A DNA stretch of 64,000 bases from assembly GCA_030141605.1 (NCBI GenBank), contig JAQGDQ010002369.1, positions 186,001 through 250,000 of the forward strand, read 5' to 3'. This DNA comes from Tubiluchus corallicola. Taxonomy: Eukaryota > Animalia > Priapulida. The translations under genes were made by a program, and so were the position numbers. The notes beneath the pieces are model-generated. The model was not told the DNA's origin. It ran no database searches and saw only the letters and a list, made by a program, of their open reading frames with translations. Shown here piece after piece: positions 1-10,083 of this stretch (positions are counted from its first letter, which is position 1; each line of letters begins with the position of its first letter).

Positions 1-87
1 GATATCCAGTTCGAACATTTCGGTTACATTCTTTCCGATAAAGATGCAGAGAAAATACTCAAAGATCGCCAAGACCGAAAATCATGA
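1..87 (+). CDS. 3' end of an unidentified CDS running in from the left edge
   Basis: Open frame from base 1 (DIQFEHFGYILSDKDAEKILKDRQDRKS*) ending in an ATGA overlap with the HIT gene. Confidence 0.5.
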   Translation, partial: DIQFEHFGYILSDKDAEKILKDRQDRKS

Positions 88-614
88 TTCGTTTTCTTCT
101 CCTTTGTGCTCTTTTTGGAATCTTTTACTTGATCTATCAGGTAACTCCCTCGACTGATTGTGCTTTTTGCAACCGAAGAGTAGTCCACAGACAAAAGTAT
201 TATGAAGATGATCGGGCAGTTGGTCTTTATTGCTATAAACCGATCATCGAGGGACATTGTCTCATCATTCCGAAAAGACATGTCAAGCGGTTTGAGGACC
301 TCACCACATCAGAGATGTCCCACATGCAAGAACTGATCAAAAAAACGCACAAGGCTTCTCAAAAAGCCTTCGGTGCAAAGAGTTATCTTCTTTTGCAAAA
401 AAACGGAAAAGAAGTAGGACAAAGCGTTCCTCATGTCCACTTCCATTACATTCCCAATAAAAGCGGGAATCCTATAGGGCTCCTTTTGAGATTTCTATTG
501 GCGCCATTGAAGGCAGAAATTTCATCGAAAGAACTTAAAGAAAAAATAAGGGCCATCCAGGCCTCCTGGGAGAAAGAAGAGTGGCCGAGCACAGCAAATC
601 GAGCTGTGATCTAA
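84..614 (+). CDS. HIT (histidine triad) family nucleotide hydrolase with N-terminal membrane anchor
   Basis: CxFC, GHCLIIPKRH, GQSVPHVHFH motifs. Confidence 0.9.
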   Translation: MIRFLLLCALFGIFYLIYQVTPSTDCAFCNRRVVHRQKYYEDDRAVGLYCYKPIIEGHCLIIPKRHVKRFEDLTTSEMSHMQELIKKTHKASQKAFGAKSYLLLQKNGKEVGQSVPHVHFHYIPNKSGNPIGLLLRFLLAPLKAEISSKELKEKIRAIQASWEKEEWPSTANRAVI

Positions 615-1672
615 GTCGATGAGAAATTGAAGGATCTCTTCGTTGGGAGCCAGATAGATCGGTGTTCTTTTTTCTTCGAATGTAGTTGCTTCTAGATCTC
701 CTCCGTTAGCGATAATGTACTCTAGAACTTCAAGAGGAGCTTCTTGTTGTACAGCACCATGGATCACTGCTAGTGGGAGAATAAAAGAAGTTTCATTCTC
801 GATCGGCAGCTGAGAATGTTCCAGCATCAATGCAAACATTTCTGGACGCAAAATCATGGCCAGTTGAAAACAGCTTCCACCTCCTGCAATGGCAGACTGG
901 TTAGGATTTGCTCCATTTTTCAAAAGAGCTATAACGGCGTCTTTCTGATTGTGCAGTACAGCAAAATGCAATGGAGTGGGAAGATTTGTGAAAAAGGCTT
1001 CAATCTGATCAGGAATTTCATCCCAATCATAGTCCGTACTGTATGGAAATGAGCTTGAATAGGGGGTGCTGGTAGTATAGGAGAGACTATAGAAAGGATT
1101 AACACTTTCATCAAACCAACTAACGTCAACATTTTTTAATTGATCCAGTATATCTTTGGGAAGGTTAAGGAAATCCCTTGGCCCTGGATTTACTTCAGCA
1201 CCATGATCGATGAGGAGCTGGATCATTTTTACGTCACCGCTGATGGCTGCGTAGTCCAAAGCTCTCATCGGTACGAAGGGGAGAAGGTAATCGATGCGGG
1301 GGCATTGGCATCGGCTCCATGTTCGAGGAATAGACGTACTGCCTCGTAGTCCAGATTCTTTACGGCTGCATGAAGGGCCGGAGGTCCTTCGGCATTATTA
1401 CCATATCGGACGATCAGGTCGATCATATGAGCGTCAGAAGATCTTCGGATCATCTCAAGATCTGTTTTCTGCATGGAAGGAGTATTGTGAACTCTTCTTT
1501 CATGATGAGTGCTTTCCGATCTTGCTCTTCTCGCAAGTGATTTCGAAGCGCGAGGAGAATGAGAGTGCTTAGGTGGTTTCGGATGGTGGTGGACCGGGTG
1601 ATGATGGTGGGGTTTATGAGTTGTTGTAGAAATAGAAGGATGTTTTTCAATTCCTTTTACTGCCATGACCAA
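522..1672 (-). pseudogene. Ankyrin-repeat protein with His-rich N-terminus, split into two ORFs (1265..1672 and 522..1268)
   Basis: Ankyrin motifs in both ORFs (PALHAAV..GADAN, ALDYAA..GAEVN, TPLHFAV..GANPN); one extra base in the G5 run at 1298-1302 joins the frames (NAPRIDYLLPFVPMRALDYAA). Confidence 0.7.
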
Positions 1673-1700
1673 ACCTCATGTTGGTATTTAAAAACCGGAC

Positions 1701-1730
1701 ATTATCCTTTTGTAGTTAGATACCGGTCAA
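1701..1730 (-). promoter_or_regulatory. Possible sigma66/sigma70-type promoter of the ankyrin gene
   Basis: TTGACC-18 bp-GATAAT on the minus strand, AT-rich upstream. Confidence 0.35.
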
Positions 1731-1802
1731 TAGCAGAGATAATTTGAAGATAGATTTAATAATTTAATTATCTAGGTTGGTTTTTAATTAAATACATAAC
1801 TC

Positions 1803-2162
1803 TTAGTGAGAAGCATTCGAAGGAGGATCCAGATATTCGACGGGAAGATTTAGCTCTTGGGCATAGGCAATTTCATCAGCTACGCCTTTCGAGAGCTCCC
1901 ATCCGTTGAGTTTGAGAACGATGAGCTTGTCGCACCGTTTGATGAGGGTGAAGTCATATGACTTCCATAAGTCCCATCCCTGACGGAGTCCTGTTTTGAA
2001 GAGGGGGATATTATGGGTGAGTGGAGAGACGACGAATATCCCGTCTGCGATCAGCTGTGCTGCTGCGCAATTCACCAGATGATGACGCTCCTCTTTCACC
2101 GCAGAATCGGGGTGATTGTACGGACAGGCGAGATAAGCGAGTATAGGTTGTTTTTCAGCCAT
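1803..2162 (-). CDS. DUF1937 family protein (nucleoside 2-deoxyribosyltransferase-like fold)
   Basis: YLACPY, SPLTH, W..YD..CD.L.VL..GW..SKGV..EI pattern. Confidence 0.8.
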   Translation of the reverse strand: MAEKQPILAYLACPYNHPDSAVKEERHHLVNCAAAQLIADGIFVVSPLTHNIPLFKTGLRQGWDLWKSYDFTLIKRCDKLIVLKLNGWELSKGVADEIAYAQELNLPVEYLDPPSNASH

Positions 2163-2907
2163 GCGAAACACTTTGCTGGATGTTTAACATTTTTTGAAGA
2201 CGTATTGCATCTTTTGGGGCATATCCAGCTTCATCGTTGTCGAAATAGCAGTAGATGTCCTTTCCTTTGCTGGACCATTCACGGAAACGTTTTGTCCATG
2301 TGGAAAGTTGACTGTGGCTGTACTGACCTCGATAGGCCCTTTTGGGACCATGCAGTCGGATATAGACAAAACTTGCCGTAACAATTTTGGGAGACCGATA
2401 TCGATCGAAATCATAGATACAGAAAGCGGCCCGGTGTTTTTTTAACAGAGAGTAGACTTCTTCTTCGTGCCAGCTTGGATCGCGGAATTCAAAAGCATAT
2501 TTTTTACGTGGAGGAAGGGCTTTGAGAAAGGATTCGAGCCTTTCCGGATTGATCTTCCAGTTTGGGGGAAGCTGAAAAAGGATCGGGCCCATTTTTTTTT
2601 CGAGCGCTTGCGCGCGTGTGAAAAATTTCTGTAAGGGTGCTTTCGGGTCTTTGAGTTTTTTGACATGAGTGATGTACCGGCTGGCCTTCACTGAAAAGAG
2701 GAATCGGGAAGGAGACGAGTTTTTCCATTCAGAAAAGACTTTTTTCTCAGGAAGCTGATAGAAAGAGTTGTTGATCTCTACTGTTTGAAAGTATTTCACA
2801 TAGTGGGAAAAGAAACGGGTTGGGTTCATGTCTTTTGGATAAAACGGCCCCTTCCAGTGATTGTAGTGCCAGCCCGAAGTACCTATGCGTATTTTTCCCT
2901 TACTCAT
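2155..2907 (-). CDS. DUF72 (YecE-like) protein
   Basis: IGTSGW, VEINNSFY, LFQLPP, EFRDPSW, YIRLHG, YFDND. Confidence 0.9.
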   Translation of the reverse strand: MSKGKIRIGTSGWHYNHWKGPFYPKDMNPTRFFSHYVKYFQTVEINNSFYQLPEKKVFSEWKNSSPSRFLFSVKASRYITHVKKLKDPKAPLQKFFTRAQALEKKMGPILFQLPPNWKINPERLESFLKALPPRKKYAFEFRDPSWHEEEVYSLLKKHRAAFCIYDFDRYRSPKIVTASFVYIRLHGPKRAYRGQYSHSQLSTWTKRFREWSSKGKDIYCYFDNDEAGYAPKDAIRLQKMLNIQQSVSHG

Positions 2908-4189
2908 GGTGGTGAAAGTGTTTGGGAAGCCTGCATTTTGCGGTCGCTCCCTTTAGAGCGTAAAAGAGAATGTAGGCGTAGCAGAGAAGGGGTATGATGA
3001 ATGCGTAATGAATACCAATGTGATCCGCTGCAAAACCTTGAATGATAGGGATGATTGCTCCGCCGACAATCGCTGTACAGAGGAGCCCAGATCCATCAGG
3101 TGTAAATTTATCCAGGCCTGCGATCCCTAGAGTGAAGATCGTCGGGAACATAATCGAATTGAACAGTCCGATGGAGAGAATCGTATATCCTGCAAAGTGA
3201 CCGCTGCTAACCAGTACGACTATTACGAGAATGATGGCAAAAATTGCATTGAACGCCAGAGCTTTTCTCGCTCGAACTTTCAAGAGGACAGCAAATCCAA
3301 TAAATCTCCCAATCATGGCGCCGCCCCAGTAGTAGGAGACATAGTGCCCCGCATCTAGGGTGGAAATGTTTAGTATATTGGGTTGTTCGAGAAAGTTAAC
3401 AAGAAAACTTCCTATCGAAACCTCCGCGCCTACATAGCAAAAGATAGCGAGAGCTCCCCAGATCAGGTGGGGAAATTGCCAAAGTTTGCTGAATTTGTGA
3501 TCGATTTCTACTGGAACGTCATGAAGTTCTTCGATAGCGGCAAGCCGCGATAAATCCTTTTGAAATTCGTCATATTGAATATCTTTGATCTTTGGAAGCC
3601 TGAAAAGGGCAATGACTATGGCAATGATGAGGAGCAGGATGGCTAGAGCGGAATATAGAATGTCAATACCTCGAACGGCTTGTGCCTCACTCGTGAAAGC
3701 AGCAAGGATTAAAACCGATCCGATCTGCGGGCCAATCGTCGTTCCCAGAGAATTAAATGCCTGTGCGAGATTCAGTCGGCTCGATGCTGTACTCTGTTTT
3801 CCAAGCAGGGCGACGTAAGGATTTGCAGCGACCTGAAGAAGGACGATGCCCGCTGCGAGTATGAAGAGCCCTAAAAGAAAAAGAGGGTAGGAAGGCAGAG
3901 AAGCTGCAGGAAGAAACATCCAGCAGCCGACAGATGCAATGATTAGAGCGACGATGATCCCTTTTTTGTATCCGAAATAATCGATAATCCTTCCTGAGGG
4001 AAGAGAGATGATCCCATAGGCAAGAAAGAAGCAGAATTGAATGAGCATCGCTTCGACGTAATTCAGTTTGAACAGCGATTTGAGGTGAGGAACCAGGATA
4101 TCATTGAGTACAGTGATCAAGCCCCACATGAAAAACAGGGAAATGATTACTGTGAGCGCAAGAATGTACTTTTTTTGTTTTTCGGCCAT
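2900..4189 (-). CDS. Glucose/galactose/fucose:H+ symporter (MFS, FucP/GluP family)
   Basis: FFMWG, LLQVAANPY, RLNLAQAFNSLG, YVGAEV, SIMFPTIF. Confidence 0.9.
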   Translation of the reverse strand: MAEKQKKYILALTVIISLFFMWGLITVLNDILVPHLKSLFKLNYVEAMLIQFCFFLAYGIISLPSGRIIDYFGYKKGIIVALIIASVGCWMFLPAASLPSYPLFLLGLFILAAGIVLLQVAANPYVALLGKQSTASSRLNLAQAFNSLGTTIGPQIGSVLILAAFTSEAQAVRGIDILYSALAILLLIIAIVIALFRLPKIKDIQYDEFQKDLSRLAAIEELHDVPVEIDHKFSKLWQFPHLIWGALAIFCYVGAEVSIGSFLVNFLEQPNILNISTLDAGHYVSYYWGGAMIGRFIGFAVLLKVRARKALAFNAIFAIILVIVVLVSSGHFAGYTILSIGLFNSIMFPTIFTLGIAGLDKFTPDGSGLLCTAIVGGAIIPIIQGFAADHIGIHYAFIIPLLCYAYILFYALKGATAKCRLPKHFHHHE

Positions 4190-4315
4190 TAAAGTTCACA
4201 TTATTCAAAGTAGGAAAAACTGTCGATGAGTTTGTAGAACCCGTCCAAGTATGAAAATTCTCATGCCTGGCTTTGACTTCTTGTGTATAAATCTACTGTT
4301 TACGAATATCAGGCT

Positions 4316-5137
4316 ATGAACAACCAAAGAGAAGAAAAGCCGATCGAGGCGATGCGTCAGGAGTTCTCTCCTACTCCACTTTTCTCAATCATTATTCTCA
4401 TTCGGGACTTTGACCATCTAGTCCCTTTGACGGTCGATAGTGTTCTTGCTCAGACTTTTGATTCTTATGAGATCATCATAATGGAGCATGAATGTTCGGT
4501 TCATATCCTGGAAATGTTGGAAGAATACTCAGAGAAGATCACGCATATGGAGAGTGCTAAAGATGGAAGCAATTCATTCATGATGAATCAAAGCCTTATC
4601 CTTGCGAAGGGAAAATATATTCAGTTCTTACAGTCCGGGGACAGGTTTCTTTCCAGGCATGCTCTTTCTCATATGGCGGGAATCATCCAGGAAAAAGAAC
4701 CTGATTTTCTCTATGCCGGTTATTTGCAAAGAGAGGAAGGCAATCCTCCTATAGCGATTACCCTTCCCATGTCCCTTTCTCTTCTGAGAAAAGGAGAGCT
4801 GTCAACAAGGATGCAGTCCTGTTGGTTTTTACGTGATGCTCTAAAAAAATTGGAAGGGTTTGATCAACGATATGAAGACCGGCCCGGTTTGGATATTCTT
4901 TGCAGACTTGTGAAAATGAAGGGAATCAAAATTGAAGCTACAAAACATATACTGACAGACTATGAATATCGGAAAAGGCCGGCAAAAGCCATTCTTCATT
5001 ATGCCCTTGAGACCTATTTGGTCATCCATCGCAATTTTGGATTCGTCAGGGGAATCGTATGGTGGTTTATCCAGGATCACTTTCGTATGGTCCGGTCTGT
5101 CTTTAGAAGTATAAAGCAAGCTTTCTGGAAGGCTTAA
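4316..5137 (+). CDS. Glycosyltransferase family 2 protein
   Basis: SIII..SVLAQTF..YEIII, AKGKYIQFL, GFD; DxD motif appears degenerate. Confidence 0.75.
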   Translation: MNNQREEKPIEAMRQEFSPTPLFSIIILIRDFDHLVPLTVDSVLAQTFDSYEIIIMEHECSVHILEMLEEYSEKITHMESAKDGSNSFMMNQSLILAKGKYIQFLQSGDRFLSRHALSHMAGIIQEKEPDFLYAGYLQREEGNPPIAITLPMSLSLLRKGELSTRMQSCWFLRDALKKLEGFDQRYEDRPGLDILCRLVKMKGIKIEATKHILTDYEYRKRPAKAILHYALETYLVIHRNFGFVRGIVWWFIQDHFRMVRSVFRSIKQAFWKA

Positions 5138-5152
5138 GCGCGAGATAGGCTT

Positions 5153-5650
5153 TTAGAATCTCGAAAGAAGTCTTTTCTTGATCAAAGCATCGAATGCAAT
5201 TCTTCCGGGTCCATAGACGAGAACAATCAAACAGGTGATTAAATAGGGAAAGGGTTCTTCCTGGACCAGAACGGAAGGCATATAAATGAATTTGAATCCT
5301 TCGAAAGCTTCTTTGTGGGCCGTGCTTAGGGCTGTGATCATAATGATGGAGAGAGGAATAGCAAAAAGACGGGATGCAAGACCGATGATCAGCAGGATTC
5401 CTCCAATGAATTCAAACCCACCGACGATATACGTATTTGCTGTTGAGAATGGAAGTCCCAAGGATTGGAAAAAGGCTGCCGTCCTCTCGGGGTGCAATAG
5501 TTTTCCCCACCCTGCAAGAAGAAATTGATATCCCCATACGATTCTCATAATGAAGACAAAAACACTCTGCAGGTTGCTAAAGAGGTTTACGATCCATTCG
5601 TAGATTTTTCCACATGCATTTAAAAAAGAATTTTCAAACCACGTGCCCAT
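5153..5650 (-). CDS. DoxX family membrane protein
   Basis: GWGKL, EFIGGILLIIGL, GPGRIAFD. Confidence 0.85.
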   Translation of the reverse strand: MGTWFENSFLNACGKIYEWIVNLFSNLQSVFVFIMRIVWGYQFLLAGWGKLLHPERTAAFFQSLGLPFSTANTYIVGGFEFIGGILLIIGLASRLFAIPLSIIMITALSTAHKEAFEGFKFIYMPSVLVQEEPFPYLITCLIVLVYGPGRIAFDALIKKRLLSRF

Positions 5651-6024
5651 CAGACTCTCCGTATTTATTTTTTCAAAATGGAAGCAAATGAATTAATTGA
5701 CAAGAAGATTCTTTATTAATTAACAATTTCTCGGTTTAATATCATTATGAATTTGTTTGTTTATTGTTTTATAATCAAACTAAGTTAATAATATTAAGGT
5801 AGATTTGAAATTGAAAGGCACATTATTATGTTTCCGGTATTTGTAAAGCCTAGAATTGAAAAAGTAGGAGGGCGTTCTCCTGTCCTGCTTTATTTCGATG
5901 TGCAAAGAGTCAAACGCCTTTCAATAAAATTCTTTAGTCAGGACTCTCAATTTGACGGGAGTCTCTCTAGTAGATCGATTTCCCGCACTTCCCCCTCCCC
6001 AAAGGAAATTTTAGTATCTCTTCT

Positions 6025-6188
6025 TAGGGAGCGCGTCCAAATGATGAATTGAGGCTTTTTGTCCCATTTTTCTCACATTTCAAGAATGCCTCTTGTCCTA
6101 CATTCTCAAGTATGTCCCTCGAGGCGTTCTCAAAATGGGAAAAAATGATACAAAAATCTTCGAATTCCTCTTTTTGATACACTCCCTA
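6025..6188. repeat. ~165 bp imperfect palindromic element (MITE/RPE-like)
   Basis: Arms TAGGGAGCGCGTCCAAATGATGAATT..AAGAATGCCTC and GAGGCGTTCTC..GAATTCCTCTTTTTGATACACTCCCTA are reverse complements; TA at both ends. Confidence 0.75.
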
Positions 6189-6217
6189 GCCCGATCTTGC
6201 TATACTTCTTCACCTGT

Positions 6218-7285
6218 ATGAAGAAAATAGATTTTTACAGCTTTTCCCTGAAATCTCTTCAGGAGTGGATCTCTGAAAGAGGGGAGCTCTCTTTCAGAGC
6301 AAAACAGATTTTTGACTGGGTCTATCAGAAGAATATTTTATCTTTTGAAGAGATGACCAATCTCAGCCATCCGTTGCGAGCTGCTCTTTCTGAGGTCTTT
6401 TCCTTTGACGGGATTCGCCTTCAAAAAGTTCAGGACTCTGAAGACAGAGAGACTCAAAAATTTCTTTGGCTCTTGTCTGACGGTAGTCTTGTTGAATCTG
6501 TCTTGATCTTATCGGGAGATCGAAGGACTGTTTGCGTCTCTTCTCAAGTCGGGTGCAGAGCCCGTTGTGCATTTTGCGCATCCGGCAAAGAAGGGTGGAT
6601 AAGAAATTTATCTTCCAGTGAGATCTTTCAACAGGTTCTTCAGGTCGATCGAATCTTGAAAGAGAAAGGAGAAAAGGTCAGCCATATTGTCTTTATGGGA
6701 ATGGGCGAGCCTTTGGAAAACTATGATGCCGTTATCTCCTGTATAGAAAAATTCACCCATCCTGAAATGCTCGGCCTTTCCTCCCGAAGAATCACCATCT
6801 CTACTGTAGGTGTTGTTGAGGGGATGAAGAGATTGGCTGCAAGCGAATTGAAAGTCAATTTGGTCCTTTCTCTCCATGCACCGAACCAGCATATAAGGAA
6901 GAAGATCATTCCCTATGCTAGAAAATATCCTCTCGAAGACATTTTGGATGCAATCGAAGCTTATACCAGAAAAACCAAGAGAGATCCTACCTTTGAATAC
7001 ATCCTTATTTCTAAAATCAATGATGCTCCGGAACATGCCGAAGAACTGGCCAGATTATTAAAAGGAAAGCAGTGCACTGTGAACCTTATTCCTTATAATC
7101 CTGTTCCTGGTCTGCGTCTGAACCGGCCTGAAAGGGAAAACATCGAAGATTTCCGTAAGGTTTTGCTGTCACGGCGCATTCCTACCACTTGGCGTTACAC
7201 AAAAGGCAAAGATATTGCCGCTGCATGCGGACAACTCGCCCTCCAAAAGACAGAGTCAGAGAATAAATTAGCAGTCTTAAGCTGA
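6218..7285 (+). CDS. rlmN: 23S rRNA/tRNA m2A radical SAM methyltransferase
   Basis: CVSSQVGCRARCAFC, FMGMGEPL, SLHAP, DIAAACGQL. Confidence 0.95.
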   Translation: MKKIDFYSFSLKSLQEWISERGELSFRAKQIFDWVYQKNILSFEEMTNLSHPLRAALSEVFSFDGIRLQKVQDSEDRETQKFLWLLSDGSLVESVLILSGDRRTVCVSSQVGCRARCAFCASGKEGWIRNLSSSEIFQQVLQVDRILKEKGEKVSHIVFMGMGEPLENYDAVISCIEKFTHPEMLGLSSRRITISTVGVVEGMKRLAASELKVNLVLSLHAPNQHIRKKIIPYARKYPLEDILDAIEAYTRKTKRDPTFEYILISKINDAPEHAEELARLLKGKQCTVNLIPYNPVPGLRLNRPERENIEDFRKVLLSRRIPTTWRYTKGKDIAAACGQLALQKTESENKLAVLS

Positions 7286-7294
7286 GAGTGCTAG
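7268..7294 (+). promoter_or_regulatory. CIRCE operator (HrcA site) upstream of the small heat-shock gene
   Basis: TTAGCAGTC-N9-GAGTGCTAG versus consensus TTAGCACTC-N9-GAGTGCTAA. Confidence 0.8.
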
Positions 7295-7353
7295 ACAATA
7301 TATATCCCCTTTGATATCTTTGGGTTTGTAAAGACTCATTATGGAGGTGTCTC

Positions 7354-7776
7354 ATGAAAGGAAGACAGTATTTACCATCACTTCTTAGAGATATGGAAGA
7401 TATGCAAGGCTTGATGGGAGGGTTGGACTGGGAAAACCTTCCTGGATTTTCCAAGAGCGAACCTTCCGGGCTTTCTGTGTATGAAGATGAGAAGAACGTA
7501 TATGTTGAGGCTCAGATGCCCGGAATCAAGTCTGAAGAAATCCAGGTGAAGTTCGATAAGGGAGTTCTTTGGATAAAAGGCGAGTCCTCCGACGAGAAAA
7601 AGGATGTGAAGTATCACGTGAAAGCTTCTAAAACTTTTTCTTACAGAGTTGCCATTCCTTCTCAAATTGATGAAAGCAAAGAGCCGGATGCGATTTGTAA
7701 AGATGGAATTTTAACAATCACTTTTCCCAAGAGCCAGAAAGAAGTCCCTAAGAAGATTTTAGTAAAAGCTCAATGA
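7354..7776 (+). CDS. Hsp20/alpha-crystallin small heat-shock protein
   Basis: VYEDEKNVYVEAQMPG, A.CKDGILTITFPK; SD GGAGG. Confidence 0.9.
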   Translation: MKGRQYLPSLLRDMEDMQGLMGGLDWENLPGFSKSEPSGLSVYEDEKNVYVEAQMPGIKSEEIQVKFDKGVLWIKGESSDEKKDVKYHVKASKTFSYRVAIPSQIDESKEPDAICKDGILTITFPKSQKEVPKKILVKAQ

Positions 7777-7789
7777 GAAAATTGTACCT

Positions 7790-7814
7790 AAGGGCTCGAG
7801 TTTCGAGCCCTTTT
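7790..7814 (+). terminator. Rho-independent terminator after Hsp20
   Basis: AAGGGCTCGA-GTT-TCGAGCCCTT followed by TT. Confidence 0.8.
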
Positions 7815-7962
7815 GAGATTGGTTCTTATTTCGCTTGATTCCTTTTTCGGCATGTCATAGGCTTTTCTTCAGTAGTTTTTCTGACATGAATTTATATTTA
7901 TGAAAAATTTTATTTTAAATTTTAGTTCAGAGAAAACACAGAAATAAACAAAGGGGAAACTG

Positions 7963-8556
7963 GTGAGTATAGCGCATTATTTCACCTTTTTAAGGATATT
8001 GATTACTCCTATTTTTCCTATTCTCTATCTGAAGTACAATGCTTTGGGAATAGGAGCGATATGGGTGCCTTATATTTTACTTTTTCTCCTCGCTATCTGT
8101 GAGTTTTCAGACTTTTTCGATGGGTTCGTTGCCCGTAAGAAAAGACAGGTGACCGACCTGGGGAAAGTGCTGGATCCTATGGCAGACAGCTTGTTGATGA
8201 TTTCGATTTTCTTTACCTTCACTCGAGGGGCGGTGAGGCTTCCTGTCCTTTTGGTTCTGATCTTTCTGTATAGAGATTTCTTTGTCAGTACTTTGAGGAC
8301 GATTTGCGCTCTGAAAGGAGTGGCTCTCGCAGCCCGTATCAGCGGGAAAATCAAATCCGTTCTCCAGGCCTCAGTTGCTTTCATCATTCTCGTATCGATG
8401 ATTCCTTACACTCTTGGATATATTTCTGTGGGAACGCTTCGTGCTATAAGCGTCAGTGCTGTCTCTATTGCCGCAGCTTATACCGTGGTCTCTTTAATCG
8501 ATTATTTCTACGCTAATCGCCTCTTCATCAAAAAAGCTCTCGGAAAGTCTTCTTAA
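7963..8556 (+). CDS. pgsA: CDP-diacylglycerol--glycerol-3-phosphate 3-phosphatidyltransferase
   Basis: DFFDGFVAR..GKVLDPMAD CDP-alcohol phosphotransferase motif. Confidence 0.9.
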   Translation: MSIAHYFTFLRILITPIFPILYLKYNALGIGAIWVPYILLFLLAICEFSDFFDGFVARKKRQVTDLGKVLDPMADSLLMISIFFTFTRGAVRLPVLLVLIFLYRDFFVSTLRTICALKGVALAARISGKIKSVLQASVAFIILVSMIPYTLGYISVGTLRAISVSAVSIAAAYTVVSLIDYFYANRLFIKKALGKSS

Positions 8557-9959
8557 GGAGTGCTATTAAGGCGTTCGTAGAGCTTGAGATATTGCTCGGC
8601 TGATTTTTTCCAGCTGAAATCCATTCTCATTCCATTTTGGACAAGGCTGGTAATTTTATCCGGATGTTTTTGATAATCTTCCAAAGAACGGCTAAGCACT
8701 TCGTCCATGGCCTTTCTCTTATAAGGTGCGAATACATATCCGTTTCTCTTGTCCTCGGGGATAGGATCGTCGGTGTCAAGAACTGTGTCGGCCAGGCCGC
8801 CTGTTTTCCGTACGACGGGAATCGACCCGTATTTCAAAGCGATTAGTTGGGTCAGTCCGCAAGGTTCGAAGCGGGAGGGAACTAGAAGAAAATCGGCAGA
8901 GGAGTATATTTTTCTCGAAAGGGATTCGTCATATTCAAAATGAAAATAGATCTGTGACTGTGCCTTGATTTTATTGTAAAACCTCTCGAAGTGTTTTTGC
9001 GTTTTTTCGTCTGGAGATGAGCCTAAAAGAATAAATTGTGCTTTCTGTTTTAGTAAGAATCGAGCCGCCTCGAGAATAAGCTCCAATCCCTTTTGAGGAA
9101 CAAGTCTTCCGATAAATGCAAAAAGGGGGACATCTTTTTCTGCTATCCCCAACTCCTTTTGAAGAGCTCTTTTGTTTTCTTTGCGCGTTATAATGACCTG
9201 TTCGATCGAGTCATTGGAGGAAAAATTCTGAACTAGGGCTGAATCAGTTTCCGGGTTCCAAAGATCTTCATCGATTCCGTTGAGAATTCCGTATAGTTTT
9301 TTCTTATATTTGTTGATCGTTTTTTGAAGACCATAGGCTTCTTTCGGGGTCAGGATTTCATGGGCATATGTCGGTGAGACCGTTGTAATAGCATCGGCAA
9401 ATGTGATTCCTGCTTTGAGAAGGTTAATGCTTTTTCCAAATAAAGGATTGTCGTCCTGCATTTTGTCGGAAGCAAGAAAAGCTTTTCCATCCATCCCGAT
9501 GGCGTTAAGGTCACGGACGCCGCATTTTCCCTGGTATTGCATGTTGTGGATGGTGAGAAGCGTTTTCCCTTTGTGGAGGGCTGCGCAGATTGAAGTGTGC
9601 CAATCATGCAGATGAAGGAGATCTAAAGAATTATTTTGTTCCTGTAGGATTTTCAGGGTCTTTTTGGAAAAGGCGAGAAATCGGGGGATGTCGTCCTTAT
9701 ATCCGTAAATATGTTTCCGATCAAAATGCTTGGGAGAGTCGACAAGATAGATTTTGCACCCTTCGACGCTAGTCGAAAAAAGATTTGCTCCTTCTTTTTT
9801 TATCTTGGCTCGTTTTTCAATCCAGCGGTAGAAGGGGAGAAAAACCTCTACCTCATGTCCTTTCTTCTGAATTTCTCTGGAGAGCCCGGTAACAACCTGT
9901 CCAAGGCCGCCGACGGTTGCTATGGGAGCAAATTCTGCTGCTATGTGTATAATTTTCAT
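8553..9959 (-). CDS. glgA: Glycogen synthase
   Basis: GGLG, HLHDWH, TIHN, NGID, PSRFEPCGLTQL. Confidence 0.95.
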   Translation of the reverse strand: MKIIHIAAEFAPIATVGGLGQVVTGLSREIQKKGHEVEVFLPFYRWIEKRAKIKKEGANLFSTSVEGCKIYLVDSPKHFDRKHIYGYKDDIPRFLAFSKKTLKILQEQNNSLDLLHLHDWHTSICAALHKGKTLLTIHNMQYQGKCGVRDLNAIGMDGKAFLASDKMQDDNPLFGKSINLLKAGITFADAITTVSPTYAHEILTPKEAYGLQKTINKYKKKLYGILNGIDEDLWNPETDSALVQNFSSNDSIEQVIITRKENKRALQKELGIAEKDVPLFAFIGRLVPQKGLELILEAARFLLKQKAQFILLGSSPDEKTQKHFERFYNKIKAQSQIYFHFEYDESLSRKIYSSADFLLVPSRFEPCGLTQLIALKYGSIPVVRKTGGLADTVLDTDDPIPEDKRNGYVFAPYKRKAMDEVLSRSLEDYQKHPDKITSLVQNGMRMDFSWKKSAEQYLKLYERLNSTP

Positions 9960-10021
9960 CTCTTTTACTTACTTTATGAAAAAACTTTTTTTTACGCTCA
10001 TTGAATAGTGAAATAGATTCC

Positions 10022-10051
10022 TTGAAAATAATTCAATTTCTCCGCTACACT
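10022..10051 (+). promoter_or_regulatory. Probable sigma66 promoter of the tRNA-Gln/prs operon
   Basis: TTGAAA-18 bp-TACACT, ~30 bp upstream of the tRNA. Confidence 0.45.
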
Positions 10052-10083
10052 GACCCCTTAGATTTTTTTCCAATTGAATTGGA

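Noticed and set aside
7850-7945. Weak inverted symmetry upstream of pgsA
   Set aside because: Short and AT-rich; compatible with chance
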